A stretch of DNA of 64,000 nt from Gaiellales bacterium (GCA_046330385.1 JAXLSV010000007.1:44718-108717), one strand, 5' to 3'; positions 8,600 to 19,419 are shown, counted from the stretch's first letter. Made by a program: numbers and translations. The notes: generated from the sequence alone by a model not told the origin.

Positions 8600-9988
8600 C
8601 TACCGGGGCAGCCGGAGGCCGAGCCGGCGCGGCAGCCCCGCCACGAACGCACTGACCGGGTCGGGCGAGCGGCCGTCGTCGATCGCGCGATCTCGACGCA
8701 CGATTGCGCCGCGAATCAACGAGCCGCCGAGGTAGCGAAGCGGCTCGGGCGGCATCAGCTTTCGCGTGGGCTCGACGACCGCGAGGCTCGTCGTCTCGTC
8801 GCGACGGTCGAGCGCGAGGCGCGCGAGGATCTCGCCACCGAGGTAGCTCGGCCCGACGCCGTTGCCGGTGAACCCGAAGCCGTGGTGCACGGCGTCGCGC
8901 GAGCCGAAGATCGGCAGGTGCGTGGGCGAGACGTCGATGGGGCCACCCCACGCGTGCGTGATCGCGCGGTCGCGAAGCGCCGGGAAGAACCGCCGGAGCG
9001 CCCCCGCGGCACGCCGGGCTGCGTCGGCGTCGACCTCGAGGATCGGGCGCCGCCGGCCGCCGATCCCCATGCGCCCCCCGCCCCAGCCGAGAGCGATCCG
9101 CCCGTCCTTCGTGGTGCGGAAGTAGTGGAGCAGCGTCCGGCAGTCGTGGATGTTCTCGCCGCCGTTCCAGCCGATCTCCTCGATCACGTCCGGCACCGGC
9201 TCTGTGATCACCATGTGGCTCGACGCGACCGCGTGGGCGAGTCGGTAGCCGGGGAAGCCGCAGGTCGCGCTGTTGACGGCGAGGATCGCAGCGCCGGCGC
9301 GGATCGAGCCCTCCGGTGTGAGCGCGGTGACGTTCCCGGCCAACCGCTTGACCGGGCTGTCCTCGTAGAGGCGCACCCCGATCTCGAGGAGCTTTGCGCG
9401 AAGGCCGAGCGACAGGCGCGCCGGCTGCACGTTGGCTGCGACCGGGAGGTACATCCCGTCGAGGAACGCGTCCGACTGGCAGTGCTTGCCCAGCTCCGAG
9501 GCCGAGAGTGGGATCGTCGCGTCGTCGGCCCCGACCTCCCGACAGGCCTCGACGACCTCATCCCAGTCACCGACCTGCGCCTCGCTCGTTGCGACCTGGA
9601 TCGTGCCGCCGAAGCGATACCACGCATCGACACCCTGTCTCTCGCAGAAGGTTCCGATTCCCCGCACCGCCCGCTCCGAGGCGCGGCACACCTCGACCGC
9701 CTGCGCATCGCCGACGCCTTCTCGCAGCAGCGGAAGGTCGTCCCAGAGAGTCGAGACGAACCCGCCGTTGCGCCCGCTCGGCCCGTGCCCGGCGAGCCCC
9801 GCCTCGAGGATCGCGACATCGCAGTCGGGCTCGAGCTGCTTCAGCTGCCACGCGCTCCACATCCCGAGATAGCCACCGCCGACGACGACGACGTCGGCGC
9901 TCGTCTCGTCCGTCAGCCGAGCGGTCCGCTCGACGGGCCCAGCCTCCTCGAGCCAGTAACCGAAGCGCGTGTGGCGAGGCGCATCCAC
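8600..9988 (-). CDS. FAD-dependent oxidoreductase (DAO/PuuB-like amine oxidase family)
   Basis: VVVVGGGYLG, GPSGRNGG, HAWGGPID, GFTGNGVG. Confidence 0.85.
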   Translation of the reverse strand: MDAPRHTRFGYWLEEAGPVERTARLTDETSADVVVVGGGYLGMWSAWQLKQLEPDCDVAILEAGLAGHGPSGRNGGFVSTLWDDLPLLREGVGDAQAVEVCRASERAVRGIGTFCERQGVDAWYRFGGTIQVATSEAQVGDWDEVVEACREVGADDATIPLSASELGKHCQSDAFLDGMYLPVAANVQPARLSLGLRAKLLEIGVRLYEDSPVKRLAGNVTALTPEGSIRAGAAILAVNSATCGFPGYRLAHAVASSHMVITEPVPDVIEEIGWNGGENIHDCRTLLHYFRTTKDGRIALGWGGGRMGIGGRRRPILEVDADAARRAAGALRRFFPALRDRAITHAWGGPIDVSPTHLPIFGSRDAVHHGFGFTGNGVGPSYLGGEILARLALDRRDETTSLAVVEPTRKLMPPEPLRYLGGSLIRGAIVRRDRAIDDGRSPDPVSAFVAGLPRRLGLRLPR

Positions 9989-10033
9989 GCAGGCGAGCCT
10001 ACCGTCGACGACACCCCGCGGCGCGCGGAGCCG

Positions 10034-10468
10034 TCAGCCTGCCGCGCGCTTGACGAGCTCGGTGATCCGCTTCTCGTCGGCCTTCGTCAGCTTCGCGAGC
10101 GCGAAGGCGACCGGCCACATCGCCCCGTCGTCGAGGCTCGCCGAGTCGGAGAACCCGAGAGTCGCGTAGCGGGTCTTGAACTTGCCGGACGCCTGGAAGA
10201 AGCACACGACCTTGTCGTCTCGTGCGTAAGCAGGCATCCCGTACCAGGTGCGCGGCGCGAGCTCAGGCGCGGCGGCGCTCACGAGCTCGTGGATCCGCTC
10301 GGCGAGCGCGCGGTCGGACGCGCCCATCTCCGCCACCTTGGCGAGTAGGTCCCGCTCGCCGTCGGCCCGGCGGCCAGCCGCCTTGAGCTCGCGGGCCCTG
10401 TCCTTCATCGCGGCGCGCTCCTCCGCGGTGAACGTCGCGCCTGGCCCCTTCTTCCTCGTCCCCGCCAT
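10034..10468 (-). CDS. DUF1801/YdhG-like protein
   Basis: [26 protein letters not shown]...[13 protein letters not shown]; start 10468 or 10477. Confidence 0.75.
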   Translation of the reverse strand: MAGTRKKGPGATFTAEERAAMKDRARELKAAGRRADGERDLLAKVAEMGASDRALAERIHELVSAAAPELAPRTWYGMPAYARDDKVVCFFQASGKFKTRYATLGFSDSASLDDGAMWPVAFALAKLTKADEKRITELVKRAAG

Positions 10469-10498
10469 CGGTCGCAAACCTCCTCGTGATGCCTCGCC

Positions 10499-11017
10499 TC
10501 AGACGAGCCAGCGCCCGTCGCGCATCAGCTCGCGGTCGGCGAGCTCGTTCACCTCGCGCCACGCCTGGATGCGGGTCGGCGTGAGCCGGAACCAGCTGTA
10601 CGCGAGGGTCGACGCGCGCGGATCGAAGCCGGTTCGCGCCGCGAATCCCTCGGCCCGCTCGGCGGGAAGCGCGTGGAGCCCGATCACCTCGACGTCGCAG
10701 TCGAGCATCGAGACGTCGCGCGTCGGACCGAGCCCGATCCGCGCCGCGCCGCCGGCGGCAAGGTTGCGTCCCGTACGGCTCGCCGTCGGCGTCGCGACGA
10801 GCAGCGCCTCGCCGTCCCAGTCGAACGAGAGCGGGACGAGATACGGCTGCCCCTCGCGCGAGGCGCTCGCGACCCAGACATCGACGTCGCCGCCGCCGAG
10901 GCGCCCCTCGGTGTCGAGCCGCCGCTGCGCGGGCGAGCGGGCCGGGTCGCTCACGGGCCCGCGGTCGGTCGAATCGGCTCTGTCGATGCTGCGCGGGAGG
11001 CGACCATGAGGCGACAT
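10499..11017 (-). CDS. Pyridoxamine 5'-phosphate oxidase-like (split-barrel flavin/F420-binding) protein
   Basis: VWVASASREGQPYLVPLSFDWDG, RIQAWRE; true start may be near 10950. Confidence 0.7.
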   Translation of the reverse strand: MSPHGRLPRSIDRADSTDRGPVSDPARSPAQRRLDTEGRLGGGDVDVWVASASREGQPYLVPLSFDWDGEALLVATPTASRTGRNLAAGGAARIGLGPTRDVSMLDCDVEVIGLHALPAERAEGFAARTGFDPRASTLAYSWFRLTPTRIQAWREVNELADRELMRDGRWLV

Positions 11018-11054
11018 CCTAGAGCGGTCTGCGCGCTCGTGTCGGCCAGGCTGC

Positions 11055-11348
11055 TCAGAGCCACTCCGTCTCGAACACCGGGCTCAGGTGGATGTCGACC
11101 TGGCGGAGGGCGCGATCGCCGGTGTTGCGGAACGCGTGCGGCACGCCCGCGGGAGCGAGCAACGTCTCACCGGCGGTGACACGGCGCTGGAGGCCGCCGA
11201 CCGTGAAGGTCGCCTCACCCTCGATCACGACGAAGAGCTCCGCGTAAGGGTGCCGGTGAAGCGCGGGGCCGTCGCCCGGCTCCGCCTCGACGACGATCAC
11301 CGAGACGTCGGTCCCGAGCGAGTCTCCCTGCACCTCGAACCCAGCCAT
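11055..11348 (-). CDS. Cupin domain protein
   Basis: GPALHRHPYAELFVVIEG...APAGVPHAFRN; ATG 11348. Confidence 0.8.
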   Translation of the reverse strand: MAGFEVQGDSLGTDVSVIVVEAEPGDGPALHRHPYAELFVVIEGEATFTVGGLQRRVTAGETLLAPAGVPHAFRNTGDRALRQVDIHLSPVFETEWL

Positions 11349-11355
11349 CGTCGGC

Positions 11356-11943
11356 TCACGTCGCGGGGCGGTAGGTGCACAGCAGCACCCCCGTGCTCGC
11401 GGTCGCGACACCGACGAGCGCCAGCGGCCGGGCGACACCATCGTCGGGAAACACGGCCTTTCCACCACCGAGGAGAATCGGCTCGACCATCACGTTGAGC
11501 TCGTCGACGAGGCTTTCGCGCAGCAATGCCTGCACGAGCTGTGCGCTGCCGTAGCAGTGGAGGTCACCCCCGTCTCGCGCTCGCAGCCGCCCGATCTCCT
11601 CGAGCGCGTCGCCGCCCGGGATCAGCGTGGTGTTCCACCGCATCTCGTCGGCGGCGAGCGTGCTCGAGACGACGTACTTGGGAATCTCGTTCATCAGGTC
11701 GGCGAACGGGTCGCCTCCCCGAGCCGGCCACGCCGCCGCGGAGACCTCCCACGTATGGCGGCCGAAGAGCAGCGCCTCGGAGCGCTGGATCGACTCGAAG
11801 TACGCGCCACCCATCACGTCCGCGTCGAAGTACGGCATCGACCACCCGCCGTGGGCGAAGCCGCCGCTCGTGTCCTCGTCGGGGCCCCCGGGCGCCTGGA
11901 CGACTCCGTCCAAGCTCATGAACTCCGTCACGACCAGCCTCAT
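11356..11943 (-). CDS. Dihydrofolate reductase-like (RibD C-terminal) family protein
   Basis: MRLVVTEFMSLDGVVQAPGG, LLFGRHT, PILLGGGK; ATG 11943. Confidence 0.85.
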   Translation of the reverse strand: MRLVVTEFMSLDGVVQAPGGPDEDTSGGFAHGGWSMPYFDADVMGGAYFESIQRSEALLFGRHTWEVSAAAWPARGGDPFADLMNEIPKYVVSSTLAADEMRWNTTLIPGGDALEEIGRLRARDGGDLHCYGSAQLVQALLRESLVDELNVMVEPILLGGGKAVFPDDGVARPLALVGVATASTGVLLCTYRPAT

Positions 11944-12076
11944 CGCCTCACCCCGGATGTCGTCGTTGGTCGCGCGTACGACGCACGGTGTTCCGCAGGC
12001 GCGTCGGCGCGGCCGGCTCACACCGGCGCGCCGAGCTTGTCAGTGGGAAAGGGCTGTGTCAACGTTCCAATTCACG

Positions 12077-13507
12077 ATGGTTTCTCATACCAATCCGGAT
12101 CAGGAGGGCTTCCCCGCCGATCTGCTCCTCGAGCCCGGACGGCCCGGTGGACGGGTGCGCGCCCGCGTCGAACAGGGAATCCGACGGGCGATCCAGGAAG
12201 GCAGGCTCCCCGGCGGGGCAACGCTGCCACCGACCCGGGTGCTCGCGGCCGAGCTCGGGATCTCGCGAAGCGCCGTCGTTGCCGCGTACGGGAACCTCGT
12301 CGACGCGGGGTACCTCGAGGCGCGCCAGGGGTCGGGGACACGCGTTCGCACGGAGGCGGCGGGGACGCCGTCGTCGCCCGTCCCGGAGGGCTCAATCCCT
12401 GCCGAGCCGGTGCGCGTCGTGATCGATCTCAACGGTGGCCAGCCGGCACCTGACCTCTTTCCGAGGATGCAGTGGCTGCGCCACTACCGAGCGGCCCTGG
12501 CCGAAACACCTGACCGCGAGCTCGACTACCCCGCGCTCGGCGGTGCCGCGAGGCTGAGGCGCGCGCTGCACGGATACCTCGGCCGCGTGCGCGGTGTGGC
12601 GACGACGCCCGAGCGGCTCGTCGTCGTCTCCGGGGTCACGCAAGGAGTGACGCTCGCGTGTCGCGCGCTCCGCAGGGCCGGCGCTCGTCGGGTCGCCGTC
12701 GAGGACCCGTGCTTCGCAGCCCACCGCATCGCGATCGGAATCGCAGGTCTCGAGGCCGTGCCGGTCGCCGTCGACGGGGGAGGGCCCTCGCTCGCTGAGC
12801 TCGAGCGCGCGGGTGCCGACGCCTTGCTCGTCGCCCCGGCGCACTCCTACCCGCTCGGCGCGGTCGTCGGCGACGAGCGCCGGCGGGCGCTGATCACCTG
12901 GGCGCGACGGCACGGCACCGTGATCCTCGAGGACGACTACGACGCCGAGTTCCGCTACGACCGGGTCCCGGTCGGGGCGCTGCAAGGACTTGCTCCCGAC
13001 TCGGTCGTCTACCTCGGCTCGGCCAGCAAGACCGTGAATCCAGCCCTCAGGCTCGGCTGGCTGGCGGCGCCGCCAGAGCTGGCGAACGTGATTGCGCTCG
13101 AGAAGAAGTACGACGACATGGGCCAGTCCCTCCTCGACCAGCACGCGTTCGCACGATTCGTCGAATCGGGCGACTTCACCCGCTACCTGCGCCGGGTGAG
13201 GCCGATCTACCGGGCGAAGCGAGCAGCGGCGATCGCCGCGGCTCGCCGGCACCTGCCGCACTGCTCGATCCAGGGCGCCGATGCCGGCCTCCACTTCCAC
13301 CTCACCCTGCCACCAGCCATCGACGAGGAGGGGCTCGTCAACCGACTCGCCGACCGGGGCGTTCGGCTCGACCCCGCCGCCCGGCACTGGGCCGACCCGG
13401 CGGACGCGCCCCCGTCGATCATCCTCGGCTTCGGCGCGTCGAGCGAGCAGCAAACGCGGCGCGGGATCGAGCTCCTCGCCGAGGAGGTCGCGCGGCCTGG
13501 ATCCTAG
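12077..13507 (+). CDS. MocR/GabR-family regulator (GntR wHTH plus PLP aminotransferase-like domain)
   Basis: LPPTRVLAAELGISR HTH, VEDPC, EDDYDAEFRY, SASKTVNPALRLGW (PLP Lys); ATG 12077. Confidence 0.9.
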   Translation: MVSHTNPDQEGFPADLLLEPGRPGGRVRARVEQGIRRAIQEGRLPGGATLPPTRVLAAELGISRSAVVAAYGNLVDAGYLEARQGSGTRVRTEAAGTPSSPVPEGSIPAEPVRVVIDLNGGQPAPDLFPRMQWLRHYRAALAETPDRELDYPALGGAARLRRALHGYLGRVRGVATTPERLVVVSGVTQGVTLACRALRRAGARRVAVEDPCFAAHRIAIGIAGLEAVPVAVDGGGPSLAELERAGADALLVAPAHSYPLGAVVGDERRRALITWARRHGTVILEDDYDAEFRYDRVPVGALQGLAPDSVVYLGSASKTVNPALRLGWLAAPPELANVIALEKKYDDMGQSLLDQHAFARFVESGDFTRYLRRVRPIYRAKRAAAIAAARRHLPHCSIQGADAGLHFHLTLPPAIDEEGLVNRLADRGVRLDPAARHWADPADAPPSIILGFGASSEQQTRRGIELLAEEVARPGS

Positions 13508-14820
13508 CCGCACCAGCTTGCGACGAACTGGGCGTACACCTGCGCTGCGAGCCGTAGCTGCTCGGTCTCCAGGTACTCGTTCGCGACGTGGCACTGCGCG
13601 AGCGCGCCGGGGCCGCAGATGATCCCCGGCAGCTTTCGCTCGCCGTACCAGGCAAGGTCGGTTGCCGCGCCGAAGCCCTGAGGCGTCGCATCGATACCCA
13701 CCGTCTCGAGACACGAGGAGAGGATCTGGACTGCCGGGTGGTCGAGCGGCACGTCGAGGGGCGGGAAGTAGATGTTCCCGAGCTTCCACGTGAACCGGGG
13801 TGGATGCTCACGGAGCCACGGGTCGACCGCTGCGACCGCGGCGACGACGTCCTCGACCTCCTGCTTGACGGTCTCGAACGTCTCGTCCGGGTAGAACCAG
13901 AGGTTGTACTCGACCGAGCAGTAGTTCGGGGCGGTGCCGGCGTTCGAGAAGAGGTTGAGACGGCCATCGGCGCCGCCTCCCGGGCCACCGACGATGATCG
14001 CCGGGGAGAGCGTGTTGAAGCCCGCCGGGAGGATCGGGTGAGCCTTGGCGTTCGCCCACGTGCGCTCGAGCTCCTGCAGGGCGACGATCAGCTTCACCAC
14101 CTTCTCGACCGCGTTGACCCCTCCCCCGCCCTTCCCGCCGGCGTGAATCGAGAGGTAGCGCGTCGACGCGTGCGCCTCGGAGCCCTCGACCTCGATCCGG
14201 AAATGGACGAGACCACCCTCGGCCGCACAGAGCCGTAGCTCCGTCGGCTCGAGGGACAGCGTGACGTCACACGGGTGGGAGCGCTCCACGATCTCCCGCG
14301 TGCCATTGCCCACCACCTCTTCGTCGCTGACGACGTGGAACACGATGTCGCCGCGCGGTACGAAGCCCGCGCCAAGCGCCGTCTTCACTGCCCACATCGC
14401 GGCCGCGAGCCCGCCCTTCATGTCGGTCGCGCCGCGCCCGTAAAGGCGCCCGTCGACGACCTCGCCCGCGAACGGGTCGTGGCTCCACGCCCCCCGATCA
14501 CCGACCGGGACGACGTCGACGTGCGCGTTGAACGCGACCGACCGACCACCACCCGTCCCACGCCGGCGCGCCACGATCACCGGGTGCGCGGGGAACGTCA
14601 TCGACGGCCCCACGTCCCACTGCTCGATCTCGAACCCGAGCGGCTCGAGGAAGCCGACGACGTGGTCGATGCACCTCCTCGCCTCGTCGGGGAAATGCGT
14701 GGCCTCCCTCGCCTGGCTCTCAGTCCGGAAGGCGACCAGCGTCCGCAGGAGCTCCTCGAGCCCTTCCTGCGTGCGCCCGACCGCATCGACGAGCGCTCCG
14801 TGATCGGCGGACGAGGTCAT
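13504..14820 (-). CDS. M20/ArgE-DapE family deacylase
   Basis: NAHVDVV, GRGATDMKGG, SDEE, CHVANE metal-binding motifs. Confidence 0.9.
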   Translation of the reverse strand: MTSSADHGALVDAVGRTQEGLEELLRTLVAFRTESQAREATHFPDEARRCIDHVVGFLEPLGFEIEQWDVGPSMTFPAHPVIVARRRGTGGGRSVAFNAHVDVVPVGDRGAWSHDPFAGEVVDGRLYGRGATDMKGGLAAAMWAVKTALGAGFVPRGDIVFHVVSDEEVVGNGTREIVERSHPCDVTLSLEPTELRLCAAEGGLVHFRIEVEGSEAHASTRYLSIHAGGKGGGGVNAVEKVVKLIVALQELERTWANAKAHPILPAGFNTLSPAIIVGGPGGGADGRLNLFSNAGTAPNYCSVEYNLWFYPDETFETVKQEVEDVVAAVAAVDPWLREHPPRFTWKLGNIYFPPLDVPLDHPAVQILSSCLETVGIDATPQGFGAATDLAWYGERKLPGIICGPGALAQCHVANEYLETEQLRLAAQVYAQFVASWCG

Positions 14821-15968
14821 TCGATGTCAGCCGGAACAGCCGGCGGCGCGGTCGCGGCGGCGGGAACGTCACGGCGGACGTTCCGGCCGTTGGAGCCGAA
14901 GAGATGCACGCGCGACGAGTCGAACCGGAGAGTGACGTTGTCGCCGGCGGCGACAGCAGTCTCGGGATCCGTCCGCACCTGCACCGTGGTTCCCCCCGCC
15001 TCGACGGTGAGGTACAGGTCCGACCCGACCGGTTCGAGGAACTCGACGCGCCCCGGGATCCCGCCCGGCTCGCCCGGAGCGGCGAGGCGGAAGTGCTCGG
15101 GTCGCAGCCCGAACGACACCTCGCCGTGGATCTCCGCCTCGTGCTCGAGCGCTGCCGGGTCGAGCACGTCCGCGGAGAGGTTGACGTCGACGCCGTTCCC
15201 GTGGAACCGCCAGCCACCGTCGACCTGCTCGAGCGCGCCGACGATCAGGTTCATCGGCGGCGCACCGAGGAACGTCGCGACGAAGACGTTCGCCGGCCGG
15301 CGATACACCTCGTTCGGTGTCCCGACCTGCTGGAGCACGCCGTGGTTCATCACCGCGATCCGGCTTCCCATCGTCATCGCCTCGACCTGGTCGTGAGTGA
15401 CGTACATCGTCGTGATCCCCAGTCGCTGATGCAGCTCGATCAGCTCGAGTCGGGTCTGCAGGCGGAGCTGGGCGTCGAGGTTGGAAAGCGGCTCGTCCAT
15501 CAGAAACGCATGCGGCTCGCGCACGATCGCCCTCGCGAGCGCGACCCGCTGCCGCTGACCGCCCGAGAGCTGTCCGGGCAGGCGCTGCAGCAGCTCCTCG
15601 AGCCCGAGGATCGCCGCGGCTCGCCGAATCGCCTCGTCGATCTCCGCTTTCGACTTCTTCGCGATCTGCAATGGGAAGGCGACGTTCTTGTACACCGTCA
15701 TGTGCGGATACAGCGCGTAGTTCTGGAACACCATCGCGACGTTCCGCTTCACGGGGTCGACGAAGTTCACGAGTCGACCGCCGATCACGATCTCGCCGGC
15801 GTCGGCGTCTTCGAGCCCGGCGACGACGCGGAGGATCGTGCTCTTGCCGCACCCGGACGGACCGAGCAGCACGAGGAACTCACCGTCCGCCACGCTGAGC
15901 GAGACGTTGCTGACGGCCTCGACCTTGCCGAACCGCTTGACCAGCTGCTTCACGACGATCTCAGCCAA
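14817..15968 (-). CDS. Carbohydrate ABC ATP-binding protein (MalK/MsmK type)
   Basis: GPSGCGKST, LSGGQRQRVALARA, MDEPLSNLDA, YVTHDQ. Confidence 0.95.
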   Translation of the reverse strand: MAEIVVKQLVKRFGKVEAVSNVSLSVADGEFLVLLGPSGCGKSTILRVVAGLEDADAGEIVIGGRLVNFVDPVKRNVAMVFQNYALYPHMTVYKNVAFPLQIAKKSKAEIDEAIRRAAAILGLEELLQRLPGQLSGGQRQRVALARAIVREPHAFLMDEPLSNLDAQLRLQTRLELIELHQRLGITTMYVTHDQVEAMTMGSRIAVMNHGVLQQVGTPNEVYRRPANVFVATFLGAPPMNLIVGALEQVDGGWRFHGNGVDVNLSADVLDPAALEHEAEIHGEVSFGLRPEHFRLAAPGEPGGIPGRVEFLEPVGSDLYLTVEAGGTTVQVRTDPETAVAAGDNVTLRFDSSRVHLFGSNGRNVRRDVPAAATAPPAVPADIE

Positions 15969-16001
15969 CGCGTCTCCTTCGGGTCGACCACGACATCCGG
16001 G

Positions 16002-16919
16002 TCACTGCTTCAGCGCCCCTGCCATCGACGCCTGGACGAACCACTTCTGGAAGACCAGGAAGATGAGGATGACCGGCACCATCGTCATCACCGCCGCCGC
16101 GGAGATCACGCCCCAGTTGGTCACGAACTGACCCTGCAGCGACGCGATGCCCACGGTGAGCGTCTTCATGTCGTCGGAGGTCGTGATCACGAGCGGCCAG
16201 AGGAAGTTCACCCATTGGAACATGAACGTGAAGATCCCGAGCACGACGATCGCCGGCTTCATGAGGGGCAGGACGATCCGACGGAAGATCAGCCACTCGC
16301 CGGCCCCATCGAGCCGAGCCGCCTCGACGAGCCCCTCGGGAAGCGTCCCGATGAACTGGCGCATCATGAAGACCCCGAGCGGGCTCACGACCATCGGCAG
16401 GATCATCGCCGGGTACGTGTTGATGCCGCTGTGGGTCCAACCCGGCAGGTGCGCGATCATGATGTAGAGGGGCGCGATCAGCACGGCGGTCGGGATCATC
16501 AGCGTCGAGAGGACGAGCGCGAAGAGCAGCGTTCGCCCCGGGAAGCGCAGGCGCGCGAACGCATACCCCGCCATCGCGTCGATCACGAGCGTGATCAGCG
16601 TCACGGTCGTTGCGAACACGAGCGTGTTGAGCGCCCAGCGCAGGTAGCTCGTCTCGTGGAGGATCGTGCTGAAGTTGCCCCAGAAGAGCGAGTTCGGAAT
16701 CCAGTCGGGCGGGTAGCTGAAGAGCTCGTAGCTCTCGCGAAAGGACGGCGAGAGGAGATAAAGGAACGGGCCGACCGCGATCACCGCGAAGACCGCGAGG
16801 ATCACGTATGCGATCACCGCCTTGGCGATGTGCACGACCCGATGCCGCCGCGCCGCGGCCGCGTACTCGGCGTGGGCCGGCGTGCCGCCGTCGAACGTGT
16901 CGGAGCCCGGGGTCGACAT
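16002..16919 (-). CDS. Carbohydrate ABC permease (MalG-like)
   Basis: AGYAFARLRFPGR, EAARLDGA motif. Confidence 0.9.
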   Translation of the reverse strand: MSTPGSDTFDGGTPAHAEYAAAARRHRVVHIAKAVIAYVILAVFAVIAVGPFLYLLSPSFRESYELFSYPPDWIPNSLFWGNFSTILHETSYLRWALNTLVFATTVTLITLVIDAMAGYAFARLRFPGRTLLFALVLSTLMIPTAVLIAPLYIMIAHLPGWTHSGINTYPAMILPMVVSPLGVFMMRQFIGTLPEGLVEAARLDGAGEWLIFRRIVLPLMKPAIVVLGIFTFMFQWVNFLWPLVITTSDDMKTLTVGIASLQGQFVTNWGVISAAAVMTMVPVILIFLVFQKWFVQASMAGALKQ

Positions 16920-17876
16920 CTACGACGCCCTCTCGCGGCGTCGGTCGGACAGCACCCAGAAGGACACCGCCGTGAGCGCGAGGATGATCAGAAGAAGCAA
17001 CACCGCCGCGGCATAGCCCTGGCCCGTCTCCTGGAACTGGAAGAGTCGCCTCCAGATGAACCACACGAGCGTCGAGGTCGACTCGTTCGGGCCGCCCTGG
17101 GTCAGGACGTACACGGTGTCGAACACCTGGAAGTTGGCGATGATCGCGATCACGACCGCGAACAGGAGCATCGGCTTCAGCAGCGGCAGGGTCACGCGCC
17201 GGAAGCGGTAGAGCCCGCGCGCACCGTCGACGCGTGCCGCGTCGTTCAGCTCGTCCGGGATGCTCTGGAGGCTGGCGAGGAAGTAGAGGGTCCAGAAGCC
17301 GAGCCCACGCCAGACCTCGGCAAGGACGATCGTCAGCAGCGCGAGCGTGCCGCTGCCGAGGATGTTGAGCCGGTCGAGACCGACGGCGTCGAATGTGAGG
17401 TTGATCAGACCGAAGTCGAAGTTGGTGAGGAACTGCCAGATCAGCCCGACGAGGACGGCCGGCGCGAGGAGCGGCACGTAGAGGGCGAGCTTGAAGACGT
17501 TGCTCCCCTTCCGGTACCGGTTGAGGAGGAGGGCGAGGAACAGCCCGAGGATGAAGACGAGGAAGATCGCCTGGACGACGTACAGCACCGTGTTCCGGAT
17601 CGACGCCGTCAGCTCGGAGTCGTCGGCGATCGTCCGCCAGTTGTCGAGACCGACGTACCGCGCCTCGTCGAGGATGCCCCCCTGGTTGAAGCTGAGCCAG
17701 ATCGACCAGATCGTGGGGGCGAGCAGGAAGACGAGGAAGGGGATGAAGTACGGCAGGAGGAAGAGGTAGCCCTTGACGCTGCGCCGGAGCCGGTACCGTG
17801 AGCGCGCTCGCCGGTACTCCGCTTCGCTCAGTGTCAGCTGATCCCAGGTCTCCCTCGAAGCTCCTGTCGCCTCCAT
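16920..17876 (-). CDS. Carbohydrate ABC permease (MalF-like)
   Basis: YVGLDNW, QSIPDELNDAARVDGA, QGGPNEST. Confidence 0.9.
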   Translation of the reverse strand: MEATGASRETWDQLTLSEAEYRRARSRYRLRRSVKGYLFLLPYFIPFLVFLLAPTIWSIWLSFNQGGILDEARYVGLDNWRTIADDSELTASIRNTVLYVVQAIFLVFILGLFLALLLNRYRKGSNVFKLALYVPLLAPAVLVGLIWQFLTNFDFGLINLTFDAVGLDRLNILGSGTLALLTIVLAEVWRGLGFWTLYFLASLQSIPDELNDAARVDGARGLYRFRRVTLPLLKPMLLFAVVIAIIANFQVFDTVYVLTQGGPNESTSTLVWFIWRRLFQFQETGQGYAAAVLLLLIILALTAVSFWVLSDRRRERAS

Positions 17877-17903
17877 CCCCTTCGCTCGTCCAGTCCCGTC
17901 GTC

Positions 17904-19274
17904 CTAGCTCTTCAGGATCCGGGTGCCTTCGGCCTGCGCCTTCGCCATCGCGGCCCTCACCGTGCTCTTGCCGCTGGCCGCCGCCTCGATCGCCTTTCCG
18001 TAGACGCTCGTCAGCTGGGCCATCTTCGGGTGGGTCGGAAGCCCGTCCCAACCCTTCAGGACGTAGCTGTTGACGCGTGCGACCTGAGCGTCACCCTTCG
18101 AGGTGTTGACGTCCTTACGCACCGGCGCCCACCCGTAGTGCGCACCGAACTCGTTCGCGAACGCCGGGGACGAGAGGAACTTGACGAGCTCCCACGCCGC
18201 ATCCTTGTTCTTGCTCTTCGAGGCCATCACCCAGTGGCCGGTGGTCGAGAAGATCGTCCGCTTGCTGCCGAGCCCGACCGGGTTGACGAAGTTCCACTTG
18301 AACGGGAGCTTCTCCTGACGGAACACGCTGAGCCGGAGCGGCTCGTCCTGGAGGAACGCCAGGCGCCCGCCCTTGAACAGCGCGACGCCGCCTTCGCGGT
18401 CGTACTGCCCGACGGGCGGCTGCACCTTGTGCTTGAGGATCAGGTCGACGACGGCCTGCGTCCCCGCGATCACGCCCGGGTTCGTGAACGTCACACGCTT
18501 GCCGTCCTTCGAGATGATGTCCGAGCCCAGGTTGTGGATGTAGCAGTAGTTGAAGTACCAGGTGAAGTCCTTGTCGGTCATCGGGGTGTTGAAGCCCCAG
18601 ACGTTCGGGGGATCCGCGACCTTCAGGCACGCCTGCGCCAGCTCGGCCATCGTCGTCGGGATCTTGGTGACCCCAGCCTTCTTGAGCAGGTCCTCGTTGT
18701 AGTACATGACCGTGCCGCCGATGATGCACGGCAGGCCCCAGAGCTTGCCCTGATACGTGCTCTTCCTGAACGTGTTCGGGATGAACTTGGCGGCGGTTGC
18801 CTTGTACGCCGGCGAGTCGAGCCACTTCTTCGTGTTCAGGACCTCGAGCACGCCCTTCGTCCCGAGGTTCGTGAGATCCGTGCTCGTCTGGTAGCTGACG
18901 TCATACGGGTTCGGCCCCGCGTAGTTCGACGCGTACGACGCCTGCTCGACGTTCCACGGCACGATCGTGTGCTTGACGTTGATGCCGGTCTTCGACGTGA
19001 ACGACTTGAGGAGCTTGCCGATCACATCCTTCTCATCTGTCCCGAACGGCGCCTTGGCAAAGGAGAGCTCCACTCCTTCGAACGGGCCACGCGCACGGTC
19101 GCGGATGCTGATCCGCGTCCCCGCTGCGGAGGCCTCGCCGATCAGCACCCCTGCGCTCGGCAGCGCAAGCCCGACGGCCGCCGCCTTCTTGAGGAACTGG
19201 CGTCGGCTCTCGCCACCAGTCCCCTCGGTCACGGGTGCGTCGCCCCCGTGGCTGGAGTCGTCCATTGCGCGCAA
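17904..19274 (-). CDS. Carbohydrate ABC substrate-binding protein with Tat signal
   Basis: SRRQFLKK twin-arginine motif; MYYNEDLLKKAG family 1 binding-protein signature. Confidence 0.9.
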   Translation of the reverse strand: MRAMDDSSHGGDAPVTEGTGGESRRQFLKKAAAVGLALPSAGVLIGEASAAGTRISIRDRARGPFEGVELSFAKAPFGTDEKDVIGKLLKSFTSKTGINVKHTIVPWNVEQASYASNYAGPNPYDVSYQTSTDLTNLGTKGVLEVLNTKKWLDSPAYKATAAKFIPNTFRKSTYQGKLWGLPCIIGGTVMYYNEDLLKKAGVTKIPTTMAELAQACLKVADPPNVWGFNTPMTDKDFTWYFNYCYIHNLGSDIISKDGKRVTFTNPGVIAGTQAVVDLILKHKVQPPVGQYDREGGVALFKGGRLAFLQDEPLRLSVFRQEKLPFKWNFVNPVGLGSKRTIFSTTGHWVMASKSKNKDAAWELVKFLSSPAFANEFGAHYGWAPVRKDVNTSKGDAQVARVNSYVLKGWDGLPTHPKMAQLTSVYGKAIEAAASGKSTVRAAMAKAQAEGTRILKS

Positions 19275-19419
19275 AACCTCCTCCTTCGTGTGCGGAGTAG
19301 ACGGGCCCGCATGTGCGAATCGCCCGTTGAGACGTCATCCTATTCACAGATATGCAGAGATTTCAAGCAAGCTCCTGTGGCGGGAAACCTCCTTAACGGA
19401 GAGCTGAGCGTCTTGGTCG

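Noticed and set aside
14904-17801. 965-aa plus-strand ORF (likewise 46533-49928, 26400-29000, 23057-24913, 30489-32474 and many others)
   Set aside because: Antisense shadows of clear minus-strand genes; Arg/Ala/Val-rich with no motifs, as expected in high-GC DNA where antisense frames lack stops.
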